DNA of 64,000 nt, from the NCBI GenBank assembly GCA_020427395.1, contig JAGQON010000006.1, forward strand, positions 42,129 to 106,128. Reading direction: 5' to 3'. This DNA comes from Phycisphaerales bacterium. Its GTDB lineage: Bacteria > Planctomycetota > Phycisphaerae > Phycisphaerales > UBA1924. Position numbers and translations under genes: made by a program. The notes beneath the pieces are model-generated. The model worked only from the letters and a program-made list of their open reading frames with translations, ran no database searches and was not told the DNA's origin. This document shows, piece after piece, positions 28,292-36,960 of the stretch. The number at the start of each line of letters is the position of its first letter. Position 1 is the stretch's first letter.

Positions 28292-29161
28292 TCACTCGAG
28301 GGCCGCGGCACCCGAGATGATCTCGGTGAGCTCGGTGGTGATCTGGGCCTGACGCAGGCGGTTGAACTGGCGCTTGAGGGCGTTGCCCATCTTGCCGGCG
28401 TTGTCGGTGGCGGCCTTCATGGCGACCATGCGGGCGATGTGCTCGGAGACGATGGCGTCGTTGAAGCTCTGGAAGAGGACGGCCTTGACGGCTGCGGGCA
28501 GCAGGTACTCGAGCAGCGACTCGGCGTCGGGCGAGAACTCGTAGACATCGCTGAAGCCCGAAGTCTCGGCGCTCTTCTCGCTGCTTTCGGGCGTGGAGAA
28601 GGGGAGCAGCTGGAGCACGGTGGGCTCCTGCTTGCCGGCGGAGATGTACTTCATGTAGACAATGCGGACGGCGGAGATTTCGCCGTTGATAAAGCGGTTG
28701 ATGTAGTCGATCGCGATGCGTTCGACATCAGCGTACTCCGGGCGATCGCCCAAAGCGGGCATGTGCCTGAAGTCGCTGTAGCCGTTGAATCGCAGGGCGG
28801 TGGCACCCTTTTTGCCGACGACCTCGAGCTTGGTGCCCTCGTTGGCACGCAGGTGCTTGAGGGCGGTACGGAGGATCGTGCCGTTATAGGGGCCGCAGAG
28901 CCCGCGCTCGGCCGAGATCACGAGTGTGAGTTCAGGCGCTTTGGGGTTGGGCTGGCTGAGGAGGGGGTTGCCCTCGCCCACGCCGGCGGCGTTGAGCTTG
29001 GCGACGAGCCCGAAGAGCGACTCGGTGTAGGGTCGCGAGGCCACGGAGGCCTGCTGGGCGCGTGCGAACTTGGAGGTCGCGATCATCTGCATCGTGCGGG
29101 TGATCCGCTTGATGTTGCCGACCGCCTTCATGCGCTTCTTGATGTCTCGTGTATTACCCAT
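28292..29161 (-). CDS. atpG: F0F1 ATP synthase subunit gamma
   Basis: Motifs 'MGNTRDIKKRMKAVGNIKRITRTMQMIATSKFARAQ' and C-terminal 'RLRQAQITTELTEIISGAAALE'. The size, 289 aa, is typical. Confidence 0.92.
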   Translation of the reverse strand: MGNTRDIKKRMKAVGNIKRITRTMQMIATSKFARAQQASVASRPYTESLFGLVAKLNAAGVGEGNPLLSQPNPKAPELTLVISAERGLCGPYNGTILRTALKHLRANEGTKLEVVGKKGATALRFNGYSDFRHMPALGDRPEYADVERIAIDYINRFINGEISAVRIVYMKYISAGKQEPTVLQLLPFSTPESSEKSAETSGFSDVYEFSPDAESLLEYLLPAAVKAVLFQSFNDAIVSEHIARMVAMKAATDNAGKMGNALKRQFNRLRQAQITTELTEIISGAAALE

Positions 29162-29257
29162 GGGAGGGGATCGTAGGCCCGGATGGCGATTTCGTCATAC
29201 GAAAAGAGCCCCCGTTGGGGGCTCAATTGTGCGAATTTCGTGTGTGGTGGGTGTTGT

Positions 29258-29431
29258 TTATTCTCCCGCGTCGTGGCGGTGGGGCTTGCGTGCGGGCTCG
29301 GCGGCGGTGATGCGGGGTTCCTCGCGCGGCTTGGGCTCGTCGCTCTCGAAGTGCATGGGGAAGGCGGTGGAGAGGGCGGTGATCTGCGGGGCTCGGCGGG
29401 CGGCCTGGCTCTGGTTGAACGAATCCGACAT
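29258..29431 (-). CDS. possible small hypothetical protein (57 aa)
   Basis: An ATG preceded by GAGGAG lies inside an 85-aa ORF, upstream of atpG on the same strand. There is no recognisable family and it could be non-coding. Confidence 0.3.
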   Translation of the reverse strand: MSDSFNQSQAARRAPQITALSTAFPMHFESDEPKPREEPRITAAEPARKPHRHDAGE

Positions 29432-29530
29432 GTTCTGCTCCTCTCTCTGGTTGTGGTACGCAGCCGCCCAAACACATGGGGGCGACGGGTAAGCATGCCA
29501 CGGTTTGGGGCGCATGCAAGCACAAATCGA

Positions 29531-30349
29531 TCAGAACGAGGTTTCTGGGAGGACCAGCCCGTCATAGGCGAGGGTGATGCCGTCTGGGAGGTCCTTTTCC
29601 GTGCTTGCGTGCCGCAGATCGTGGGTCATGTGGATGAGGTAGGTCCGAGAAGCCCGGATCTGCCCGGCCGCGTCGATCGCCTGCTCGACGGTGAAGTGGG
29701 TGTTGTGGGGGCGGTATCGCAGGGCGTCGAGCACGAGGGTGTTGGCCCGCTCGAGGTAGGGCATCGAGTCGTCGGGGATCGAGGAGACATCGGTGCAGTA
29801 GGCGAGGGGGAGCAGGTTGGGGTGGTCGGGGTGCTCGAAGAGGTAGCCGAGGATCGGCAGCTTGCCGTGCATCAGGGTGATGGGGGTGATGGAGAGCCCG
29901 AAGAGGGTGAAGGGCTCGTAAGGGAAGATGATGGTGGGGTCGAGTGAGGCGATGAAGGAGGACTGGATGTTCGTGTGCGGCGAGAAGATGTGCTGATAGA
30001 CGCGCCCCAGGGCGTTCATGGTGTGCTCGTCGGCGTAGATCGGGATGGATTGCCTCATCACCTCGTTGAACCGTCGGACCTCGTCGAGCCCGAAGGTGTG
30101 GTCGACATGGTTGTGTGTAAAGAGGATGGCGTCGATGCGGGGGATGCCCTCACGGAGCACCTGCTGGCGGAGGTCGGGCGAGGTGTCGATGAGGATGACG
30201 CGCTCGGTGCCCGTGTCGTCGGTGAACTCGATGGTCGCCGAGCAGCGGGTGCGGGTGTCGCGTGGGTCGGTGGAGGTGCAGGTGGCGCAGTCGCAGGCGA
30301 TGACGGGGATGCCCGCGGAGGTGCCGGTGCCGAGGAAACGCAGACGCAT
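29531..30349 (-). CDS. MBL-fold metallo-hydrolase (PhnP/GPMBL-like)
   Basis: Motifs 'MRLRFLGTGTSAGIPVIACDCATC' and 'LFTHNHVDHTFGLDE'. Start trimmed to MRLRFLG. Confidence 0.85.
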   Translation of the reverse strand: MRLRFLGTGTSAGIPVIACDCATCTSTDPRDTRTRCSATIEFTDDTGTERVILIDTSPDLRQQVLREGIPRIDAILFTHNHVDHTFGLDEVRRFNEVMRQSIPIYADEHTMNALGRVYQHIFSPHTNIQSSFIASLDPTIIFPYEPFTLFGLSITPITLMHGKLPILGYLFEHPDHPNLLPLAYCTDVSSIPDDSMPYLERANTLVLDALRYRPHNTHFTVEQAIDAAGQIRASRTYLIHMTHDLRHASTEKDLPDGITLAYDGLVLPETSF

Positions 30350-30434
30350 AGCGAAGAGTAGGCAATGGGAAGTGGGCAATAGGCCATCGGAAAGTGGCAA
30401 CACTCGGGGTCGAGTTGCCGATAGAGGGTGGGAT

Positions 30435-30665
30435 ATGTCGCTGCACGCGAGCCCATCCCGACGCCCGTCCGAGCCCGTGGACCAGACGCCCGGGCGTCGC
30501 CCGTGGCTGGGTGTGCACTTTGTGTGCTCGGGGATGTACCAGCGGGTCTATCGAGACCTGAATGGCGACCGCTACCTGGCCCGCTGCCCAAAGTGCGGGA
30601 AGACGATCACCTTCAAGGTGGGGCCCGGCGGGAGCAACCAGCGTTTTTTCGATGTGTCGTGCTGA
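30435..30665 (+). CDS. possible small Cys-containing (zinc-ribbon-like) protein, 76 aa
   Basis: ATG after GAGGGTGGG. The sequence 'HFVCSGMYQRVYRDLNGDRYLARCPKCGKTITF' ends in 'RFFDVSC*'. The rest of the 206-aa track ORF is antisense to the MBL gene. Confidence 0.45.
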   Translation: MSLHASPSRRPSEPVDQTPGRRPWLGVHFVCSGMYQRVYRDLNGDRYLARCPKCGKTITFKVGPGGSNQRFFDVSC

Positions 30666-30672
30666 GCTCGAT

Positions 30673-31452
30673 TCAGAAACCAAAGTTCGGGCACTGCCCC
30701 TCGCTGTACGCGCTGAGGAAGAGCGAGACATCGAAGAAGTCCCATATGCCGTCGTTGGAGAAATCGGCCAGCGGGTGCTGGGCGGCGAAGTAGCTGATGA
30801 ACGCGGAGATATCGAAGAAATCGAGGATCCCGTCGTCGGAGAGATCGCCTCGACAGTCGAGGCTGACGCTGTAGACGTCGGGAGAATCCGGTTCGCCCGG
30901 GTTCTGGTCGCGCAGCTCGATCAGGTACATGTGAACACGGACATAGATCCATTCGCTCGCGTCGGCCCAGAGCCCCGCGTCCTGCGCGACGGGTGAGCAG
31001 AGCGTGCCGAAGTCGTTGCTGATGAGGTTTCGTTTCCACTGGATGTGGTCGGCCATCTGGTCGGGGTTGTTGAAATCGACCTCGCCGCTGGCATCGGGGA
31101 AGTAGAGGGAGATCGCGTAGGCATCGAGCTCGAAGGGTGCGATGTCAACGAAGTCTGAGGCGTTGAAGTGGGTGGGTCGTGTTGGCAGGGCGTCGTTGTT
31201 GTATCGGATGATGATCGAGCTGTGCGCGGGGATGGTGACGCCGTCGAGTGTGCCAGGGTCGGACATCATGGGGCCCGAGGTGGAGTTCTGGGTGCAGAGG
31301 CGCCATCCATCGAGGGGCATCGGCGTATCGCCGGTGTTCCGGATCGCGATGATTCTGCTATCACCAAAGATGGTCGTGAACTGCAGGTCGCGTTCGGCGC
31401 TGTGGGCGAGCGTGCTGGCGAGCATGAGCATGGCGAGTGGAATCGAGCGCAT
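30673..31452 (-). CDS. secreted protein (possible lamin-tail-like beta-sandwich) with C-terminal GC-type dockerin-like double repeat
   Basis: Signal 'MRSIPLAMLMLASTLAHSA'. The LTD-like stretch is 'IIAIRNTGDTPMPLDGWRLC'. The tail is 'CRGDLSDDGILDFFDISAFISYF...FSNDGIWDFFDVSLFLSAYSEGQCPNFGF*'. Confidence 0.8.
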   Translation of the reverse strand: MRSIPLAMLMLASTLAHSAERDLQFTTIFGDSRIIAIRNTGDTPMPLDGWRLCTQNSTSGPMMSDPGTLDGVTIPAHSSIIIRYNNDALPTRPTHFNASDFVDIAPFELDAYAISLYFPDASGEVDFNNPDQMADHIQWKRNLISNDFGTLCSPVAQDAGLWADASEWIYVRVHMYLIELRDQNPGEPDSPDVYSVSLDCRGDLSDDGILDFFDISAFISYFAAQHPLADFSNDGIWDFFDVSLFLSAYSEGQCPNFGF

Positions 31453-31619
31453 GATGGTTCCCTTCGAGTGCGGGCAGCGGCCCTTGGATGAGATCCATCA
31501 TCGCCGAGGATGTGGTGGATCGGGCACCACTGTTCGGTGGGGCTGTCATGCTTGTGATTGCAAACTTGGGTGAAGTGTGGATCGAGGCGTGTTGGTTGGG
31601 GTTGGTGTACCATTGGGTC

Positions 31620-32621
31620 ATGGCCGGCGTTCTGTCCATCCTGCCCGATCCGCCCGCGGCGCCTGCGCCGATCGGGGTGATCGCGGGCGGGGGGGACCTG
31701 CCGATCTTTGTGGCCCGCGGGCTCAAGCGGATGGGCTACGAGGTGCACGGCATCGGGCTGCACGCCCAGTACGAGGACGAGCTGCCCGGGATGTGCGACT
31801 CGTTTACGGATGTCGGGCTGCTGCGTATGCGCTCGTGGGGCAGGCGTTTACGGCGTCGGGGCGTGCATCACGCCATCATGGTGGGTAAAGTGGATAAGGC
31901 CAAGCTCATGCACCAGCGGTGGAAGCTGGTGCGGAATATCCCCGATTTCACCACGGCCGTCGCGTGGTACAAGCATCTCCGTCACGACCGGCGATCGCAC
32001 GCCGTGCTCCGGGTCATCGCCGAGGAGCTCGACAGCAACGGCGTGGCCCTGATTGATTCGACCTTTCCGATTATGGACCAGCTCTCCGAACCAGGCGTGA
32101 TGACCTCGACCAAGCCCAGCGCGAACCAGCGCGCGGATATCGAGTTCGTGTGGCCGCTGCTGACCGAGCTGCTGCGATTGGACATCGGGCAGTCGCTGAC
32201 GGTGCGGGACCGGGATGTGATCAGCGTGGAGGCGGTGGAGGGCACCGACCGGATGATCGAGCGGACCGGCAACCTGTGCAAGCGGGGCGGCTGGACGCTG
32301 GTGAAGGGGGCGCGGGCCCAGCACGACCGCCGGAGCGATGTGCCGACGGTGGGCATCCAGACGCTGGAGAACATGCACAAGCACGGCGGGACCTGCCTGG
32401 CGATCGCGGCCGGCGATGTGATCATGCTCGATCGCTTCGCGATGCTCGAGCGTGCCGACGAGCTGGGCATCTCGATCGTGGGCGTGCCCGTGTCGCATGC
32501 GCCGGTGCCGCCCAGCGACGCGCCAATGATGACGCCGGCCCACTTCGAGCGGGCGTTCACGCCCAACGCGCCCGCTGAGCGCGAGACGCCCGAGCACGCG
32601 GCTCGTGATCGCGATGAGTGA
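31620..32621 (+). CDS. lpxI: UDP-2,3-diacylglucosamine diphosphatase LpxI
   Basis: Motifs 'IGVIAGGGDLPIFVARG', 'MVGKVDKAKL', 'DIGQSLTVRDRDVISVEAVEGTDRMIERTG' and 'TLVKGARAQHDRRSDVPTVG'. Start trimmed to the ATG at 31620. Confidence 0.85.
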   Translation: MAGVLSILPDPPAAPAPIGVIAGGGDLPIFVARGLKRMGYEVHGIGLHAQYEDELPGMCDSFTDVGLLRMRSWGRRLRRRGVHHAIMVGKVDKAKLMHQRWKLVRNIPDFTTAVAWYKHLRHDRRSHAVLRVIAEELDSNGVALIDSTFPIMDQLSEPGVMTSTKPSANQRADIEFVWPLLTELLRLDIGQSLTVRDRDVISVEAVEGTDRMIERTGNLCKRGGWTLVKGARAQHDRRSDVPTVGIQTLENMHKHGGTCLAIAAGDVIMLDRFAMLERADELGISIVGVPVSHAPVPPSDAPMMTPAHFERAFTPNAPAERETPEHAARDRDE

Positions 32622-33279
32622 GCCGACAGCAAATCCCAACGAACAGACCAGCGAGCCGGTGTTCGTCTCACGCGGCGGGCTCAAGCTGCACAAGGCGCTG
32701 ATCGAGCTGCCCTTCGACCCCAGCGGCATGCTGTGCGGAGACTTCGGCTGCAGCACGGGCGGGTTTACGGACTGCCTGCTGCAGCACGGTGCGGCGAGGG
32801 TGCACTCGATCGACACGGCCTACGGCGAGTTCGCGTGGAAGCTCCGCACGGACGATCGGGTGGTGGTGCACGAGCGGAGCAATGCGCTGCACCTGGACCC
32901 GCCAGCGGAGGTGGTCGAGGCGGGGGGGATCGATCTGGCGGTGATCGATCTGGGCTGGACGAGGCAGGATCGGGCGCTGGCGGCCGCGGCTCGATGGCTC
33001 AAGCCCGGCGGGCACATTATCTCGCTGGTCAAGCCGCACTACGAGGCGGAGAAGGACGAGCTGGGCGAGGGCGGCGTGCTCGATCCTGAGCGGGCGCAGG
33101 AGATCGCCGAGCGCGTGCGCGATGCGTTGCCGAGTATGGGATACACGGTGCTGGGTTGGGTGAAGAGCCCGGTGCTGGGCGGGGCCGTGAGGAAGAAGCG
33201 GAAGAAGAAGGGGAAGGGGAACCCGGAGTGGCTGGTGCTGGTGAGGAGTGCGTGGTCGATACGGAATCGGCAGGGGTAG
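32614..33279 (+). CDS. tlyA: TlyA-family rRNA 2'-O-methyltransferase (no N-terminal S4 domain seen)
   Basis: Motifs 'VSRGGLKLHKALIEL' and 'GDFGCSTGGFTDCLLQHGAARVHSIDTAYGEFAWKLRTDDRVVVHERSNA'. Its ATG overlaps the lpxI 3' end by 8 nt. Confidence 0.75.
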   Translation: MSEPTANPNEQTSEPVFVSRGGLKLHKALIELPFDPSGMLCGDFGCSTGGFTDCLLQHGAARVHSIDTAYGEFAWKLRTDDRVVVHERSNALHLDPPAEVVEAGGIDLAVIDLGWTRQDRALAAAARWLKPGGHIISLVKPHYEAEKDELGEGGVLDPERAQEIAERVRDALPSMGYTVLGWVKSPVLGGAVRKKRKKKGKGNPEWLVLVRSAWSIRNRQG

Positions 33280-33283
33280 ATGC

Positions 33284-33727
33284 ATGTTTTTTGCGTACTT
33301 CGTGGTGACGGACTTTGATGATCCTCCGCGGTTCGCGGAGGATTGGGATCACGAAGCGAAGCCCGGTGGATACCTCTGGTGTGCGCATCTTGTTGAGTTA
33401 ATGCGATCATGCGGCGCCACTATCACGGAGCAGCAGGGTAACCATGAGGACTACGCCTGGCGATTCATGGCTTCGCTGAGTGGGTTCCGGTATGAGTTCA
33501 TCGCTGGTGACGGCTGGGAAAGTGAGAATTGGTTCACGCATACACTGATTGTGACGCCTGTGGGAACTGGGTGGTTGGGTAAGTTCTATACAGGAAAACA
33601 ATACTTTCACGACGCACGATCACAGTTCGACAAGATCATCCGGCAGGATTCTTGCGTACGGAAGCTGCAGACATGCACGCAGCGAGAGTGGATGAGTGAT
33701 CTGTATCCATCAGATCCAGAAGGATGA
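33284..33727 (+). CDS. hypothetical protein (AT-richer gene)
   Basis: 148-aa ORF beginning 4 nt after the tlyA stop. Composition is normal (W/Y/F-rich) and I recognised no family. Confidence 0.5.
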   Translation: MFFAYFVVTDFDDPPRFAEDWDHEAKPGGYLWCAHLVELMRSCGATITEQQGNHEDYAWRFMASLSGFRYEFIAGDGWESENWFTHTLIVTPVGTGWLGKFYTGKQYFHDARSQFDKIIRQDSCVRKLQTCTQREWMSDLYPSDPEG

Positions 33728-33730
33728 GTA

Positions 33731-34354
33731 GTGAGGGTGAAGCGTCTATCGCGGTTTGCGGCTGTGTCGCTGCTGGTGCTGCTCGTTTTTGCTGCCGGAT
33801 TCAATCTGTACATATCAAATGCCCGCATCATCAACCTTGGCTTAATCCGACCCAGTGATCCGAAGACCCGGCTGTTGCTGAGAGACGGGCGAGACACGAT
33901 CGAAGGAACCGGATGGTGGCCGAGTGTGCCTGAGGGCATCCCGGGTTTAGGCCAACCGTTTTTATGGAATAGAGTAGAGCAATCTGGTCGCCGGTTCTAT
34001 TTGATGTTCTTTCGAGATCCCGGAGATCAATCAAGCCAAAGCCTCCACGAGCTCTACGCCATCACGACAGGGTGGCCATGTATCACTGTCGAGCATAAGC
34101 GGATCATCCATGTCATGTCAAAGCAAGTCGTCTGGCCCACGGACGCGGAATTTCGAACTATCTATCACCCCCTCGGTCTCATCCTCAATCCTGTCATCTA
34201 CGCCCTGCCCGTGTGGCTTTTGCTCATGGGTGCGAGATGGCTGCTGCTCAAACGACGATCAGGCAAGCGCGAGCGGATGGGATTGTGCGTAGGGTGTGGG
34301 TATGCGTTGGGTGAAATTGGTGTGTGCCCGGAGTGTGGGCTTTCGAGGGCATGA
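33731..34354 (+). CDS. membrane protein with C-terminal CxxC...CxxC zinc ribbon
   Basis: GTG start. N-terminal anchor 'FAAVSLLVLLVFAAGF', late TM 'VIYALPVWLLLMGARWLLL' and C-terminal 'CVGCGYALGEIGVCPECGLSRA*'. Confidence 0.6.
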   Translation: MRVKRLSRFAAVSLLVLLVFAAGFNLYISNARIINLGLIRPSDPKTRLLLRDGRDTIEGTGWWPSVPEGIPGLGQPFLWNRVEQSGRRFYLMFFRDPGDQSSQSLHELYAITTGWPCITVEHKRIIHVMSKQVVWPTDAEFRTIYHPLGLILNPVIYALPVWLLLMGARWLLLKRRSGKRERMGLCVGCGYALGEIGVCPECGLSRA

Positions 34355-34374
34355 TTCGAGATCACCAACACCCA

Positions 34375-34932
34375 TCACTCTGATGATCTGATCCACTCCA
34401 TCACCGAATGTGTTAGCTCGGCGAGTTCCATTGCCTTCTCAACACGCAGCACCCGGCAAGTATCTGGGAGCTCGCCAAGCCAACGATCGTGCGTCGCATA
34501 GCTGCGTTGCTCGAGACCAGCGTCATCGTACCGGCTCGCCCATTCCATGAACGCAACATGCACCTCGTGCATTGTCCCTCCGGGCTGGAGGGATGCGTTG
34601 CTGTATCGCTGACGCTCGCGATCCATCAAGCGTTGCTCACGGACATTCCAAGGGATGTACAAAAACACCACATGGGTGAACTTTGGGATGAGCGAACCAC
34701 CCCAGGAGCACAGAGAGCCGGAGAGCACCCATCGCTCATGGGCATTGAACGCGTCCTCGAGCAGCGCCAGTCGTTCAGGGACGGGGCGTTTGGTCGTGAA
34801 CGGGACTTCCGTAGGCGCCCAATAGAACGAATCGGTATCGAGGTGCGTGATCGAGCACGCGTGCGCAAGCTCGCGTGCGAGCGTGGTGGTGCCCGTGCCG
34901 GAGGCGCCGAGGATGTGGATCCTGAGACTCAT
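34375..34932 (-). CDS. P-loop NTPase, adenylate-kinase/topology-modulation (FlaR)-like
   Basis: Walker A 'MSLRIHILGASGTGTTTLAREL'. 185 aa. The 90-codon N-terminal extension in the track (P/S-rich) was discarded. Confidence 0.75.
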   Translation of the reverse strand: MSLRIHILGASGTGTTTLARELAHACSITHLDTDSFYWAPTEVPFTTKRPVPERLALLEDAFNAHERWVLSGSLCSWGGSLIPKFTHVVFLYIPWNVREQRLMDRERQRYSNASLQPGGTMHEVHVAFMEWASRYDDAGLEQRSYATHDRWLGELPDTCRVLRVEKAMELAELTHSVMEWIRSSE

Positions 34933-34972
34933 CAACGATCGTAGGGGATGAGTGCTGGACGCCTCTATCGCG

Positions 34973-35665
34973 TCACCAGTCATACGCCGAATCATCCTCG
35001 ATGAGCTCATCGAGATCGAAGAGTTCCTCGAGGAAGTCCTCATCGGTTCGCCCGAACCAGCCGCGCTTGGCGACGGCCATGGGGCCTCGTGATGTTTCGA
35101 GGGTCTCGATGGTTCGGAACCAGGGCAGCTCGGGCTCGAATCCGGCGTGGTAGGTGAGCCAGGCTGTGCGGAAGTAGCGGGGGTAGAGGCGGTAGAGGGC
35201 ATCGATCAGGGCGCGGTTGGTGTACACGACCCAGAGCGGGTCGAGGGTGTCGATGATCGACTCGGCCAGCGTGATGACATGCGGGCGGGGGATGCCCTGC
35301 TTGGGCACGGTGATCGAGATGTGCATGGACTCGAGCGTGCTGTCGAAGTGGAACGATGCCCGTGCGATGCGGGATTTGGTCTGGTACTTTATCGAGGCGC
35401 TGAGCATCGGCTGCCCGAGCGGTGCGGTGAAGAGCTCGAAGAGCTCGCGGAAGAACAGCTCGTCCATCTCGTCGAGTGTGCACAGCTTGTGGAGCTCTTC
35501 CTTGTTAAAGGATGCGTGGACGACGCAGGTGCGCCCGAAGGTGGTGCGCAGGGCATCGTGGATCGCGGCCATGGCGGTGACGACGGACGCAAGGTCGCAG
35601 GGGTGGGCCCCCTGGGCGATGAGCTTGGAACGCTTTGTGTACACCGGGCGGGGCATCGGGCGCAT
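34973..35665 (-). CDS. hypothetical protein with acidic C-terminus
   Basis: 230-aa ORF with normal composition ending 'DEDFLEELFDLDELIEDDSAYDW*'. Start at ATG 35665 or 35656. The upstream extension runs into a palindromic repeat. Confidence 0.55.
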   Translation of the reverse strand: MRPMPRPVYTKRSKLIAQGAHPCDLASVVTAMAAIHDALRTTFGRTCVVHASFNKEELHKLCTLDEMDELFFRELFELFTAPLGQPMLSASIKYQTKSRIARASFHFDSTLESMHISITVPKQGIPRPHVITLAESIIDTLDPLWVVYTNRALIDALYRLYPRYFRTAWLTYHAGFEPELPWFRTIETLETSRGPMAVAKRGWFGRTDEDFLEELFDLDELIEDDSAYDW

Positions 35666-35690
35666 GGTATCCGGGGAGGGGCAGTTGGGT

Positions 35691-35840
35691 CTTGTGTTGC
35701 TCCTCCCCGCGCCCCGCGGGGAGGTGGCACGCGTCTTCGCGTGACGGAGGGGTCTTCCAGAGAAACGCACGCGCACCAAGACCCCTCCGCCCTCCTGCGT
35801 CGGGCACCTCCCCGCGGGGCGCGGGGAGGGACAAGAACAG
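35691..35840. repeat. palindromic repeat family B, inverted double unit
   Basis: The outer arms CTCCCCGCGCCCCGCGGGGAGGTG / CACCTCCCCGCGGGGCGCGGGGAG are perfect. The inner arms are GGAGGGGTCTT / AAGACCCCTCC. It contains the motif GGAGGGGTCTTCCAGAGAA. Confidence 0.7.
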
Positions 35841-35925
35841 CGCTGGGCGTATTTGATCCTTCGTCGATTCCCAAGATGCTTTTTCCACGGGGCTTATGAG
35901 CCGCCCGGCGTGCTACGATCTGGGC

Positions 35926-36951
35926 ATGTTTATCGATCGTGCACGCATTATGGTGTTCGCCGGCAAGGGCGGCGACGGGAAGGTCGCGTTCCGACGCGCC
36001 AAGGGGATGCCCAAGGGAGGCCCCAACGGCGGCGACGGGGGCAAGGGAGGCGATGTGATCCTGCGCGTCGATGAGGGGCTCAACACCCTTGTGGACTTCC
36101 GTGGCATCTATGAGTGGAAGGCCCAGGAGGGCGAGGGCGGCGGCAAGAAGCAGTGCACCGGCGGCGATGGCGACGACCTGGTCATCCGGGTGCCCGCGGG
36201 CACGGTGGTGTACAACGAAGAAACCGGCGAGGAGCTGGCGGACCTGGGACCGGGCGATTCGATGGTGATCGCCAAGGGCGGGCGGGGCGGCTTCGGCAAC
36301 GAGCATTTCAAGAACGCCGTCAACCAGACGCCCCGCAAGGCAACGCCGGGCGAGCCGGGCGAGGTGATCCCGCTGCAGCTCGAACTCAAGGTGATCGCGG
36401 AGGTCGGGCTGGTTGGGCTGCCCAACGCGGGTAAGAGCACCTTCCTCAAGTCGATGACGCGCGCGGACCCGAAGATCGCGGATTACCCGTTTACCACGCT
36501 CTCGCCGCAGCTGGGCATCGCGACGCTCGACGGTGCGCGGCGCCTGGTGATTGCGGACATCCCGGGTCTGATCGAGGGCGCTTCGAGCGGCGCGGGGCTG
36601 GGGCACGACTTCCTTCGTCATATCGAGCGGACGAAGGTGATCGTGCATGTGCTGGATGTTGAGCCGGATAATGGGCTCAGCGCGGCCAAGAACTACCGAG
36701 CGATCCGCGCGGAGCTGCGGGGGTACTCGTCGGAGTTGGCGGAGAAGCCCGAGCTGATCGCGCTCAACAAGATGGACCTCATGACCGACGAGGACCAGAA
36801 GGACGCGATGGACGCGATGCGGACCGAGCTGCAGCTCGACGCGGCGACGGAGATCTACCCGATCAGCGGCGCGACGGGTGTCGGGTGCGCGGCGTTGCTT
36901 GAGGCCGTGTACCGGATGCTGCATCGGGATCGGGTGGAGTCGGGGTGGTAG
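35926..36951 (+). CDS. obg: GTPase Obg/CgtA
   Basis: Motifs 'MFIDRARIMVFAGKGGDGKVAFRR', 'GGPNGGDGGKGGDV', 'VGLVGLPNAGKSTF', 'DIPGLIEGAS' and 'NKMDL'. Confidence 0.93.
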   Translation: MFIDRARIMVFAGKGGDGKVAFRRAKGMPKGGPNGGDGGKGGDVILRVDEGLNTLVDFRGIYEWKAQEGEGGGKKQCTGGDGDDLVIRVPAGTVVYNEETGEELADLGPGDSMVIAKGGRGGFGNEHFKNAVNQTPRKATPGEPGEVIPLQLELKVIAEVGLVGLPNAGKSTFLKSMTRADPKIADYPFTTLSPQLGIATLDGARRLVIADIPGLIEGASSGAGLGHDFLRHIERTKVIVHVLDVEPDNGLSAAKNYRAIRAELRGYSSELAEKPELIALNKMDLMTDEDQKDAMDAMRTELQLDAATEIYPISGATGVGCAALLEAVYRMLHRDRVESGW

Positions 36952-36960
36952 GGCCGCCCC

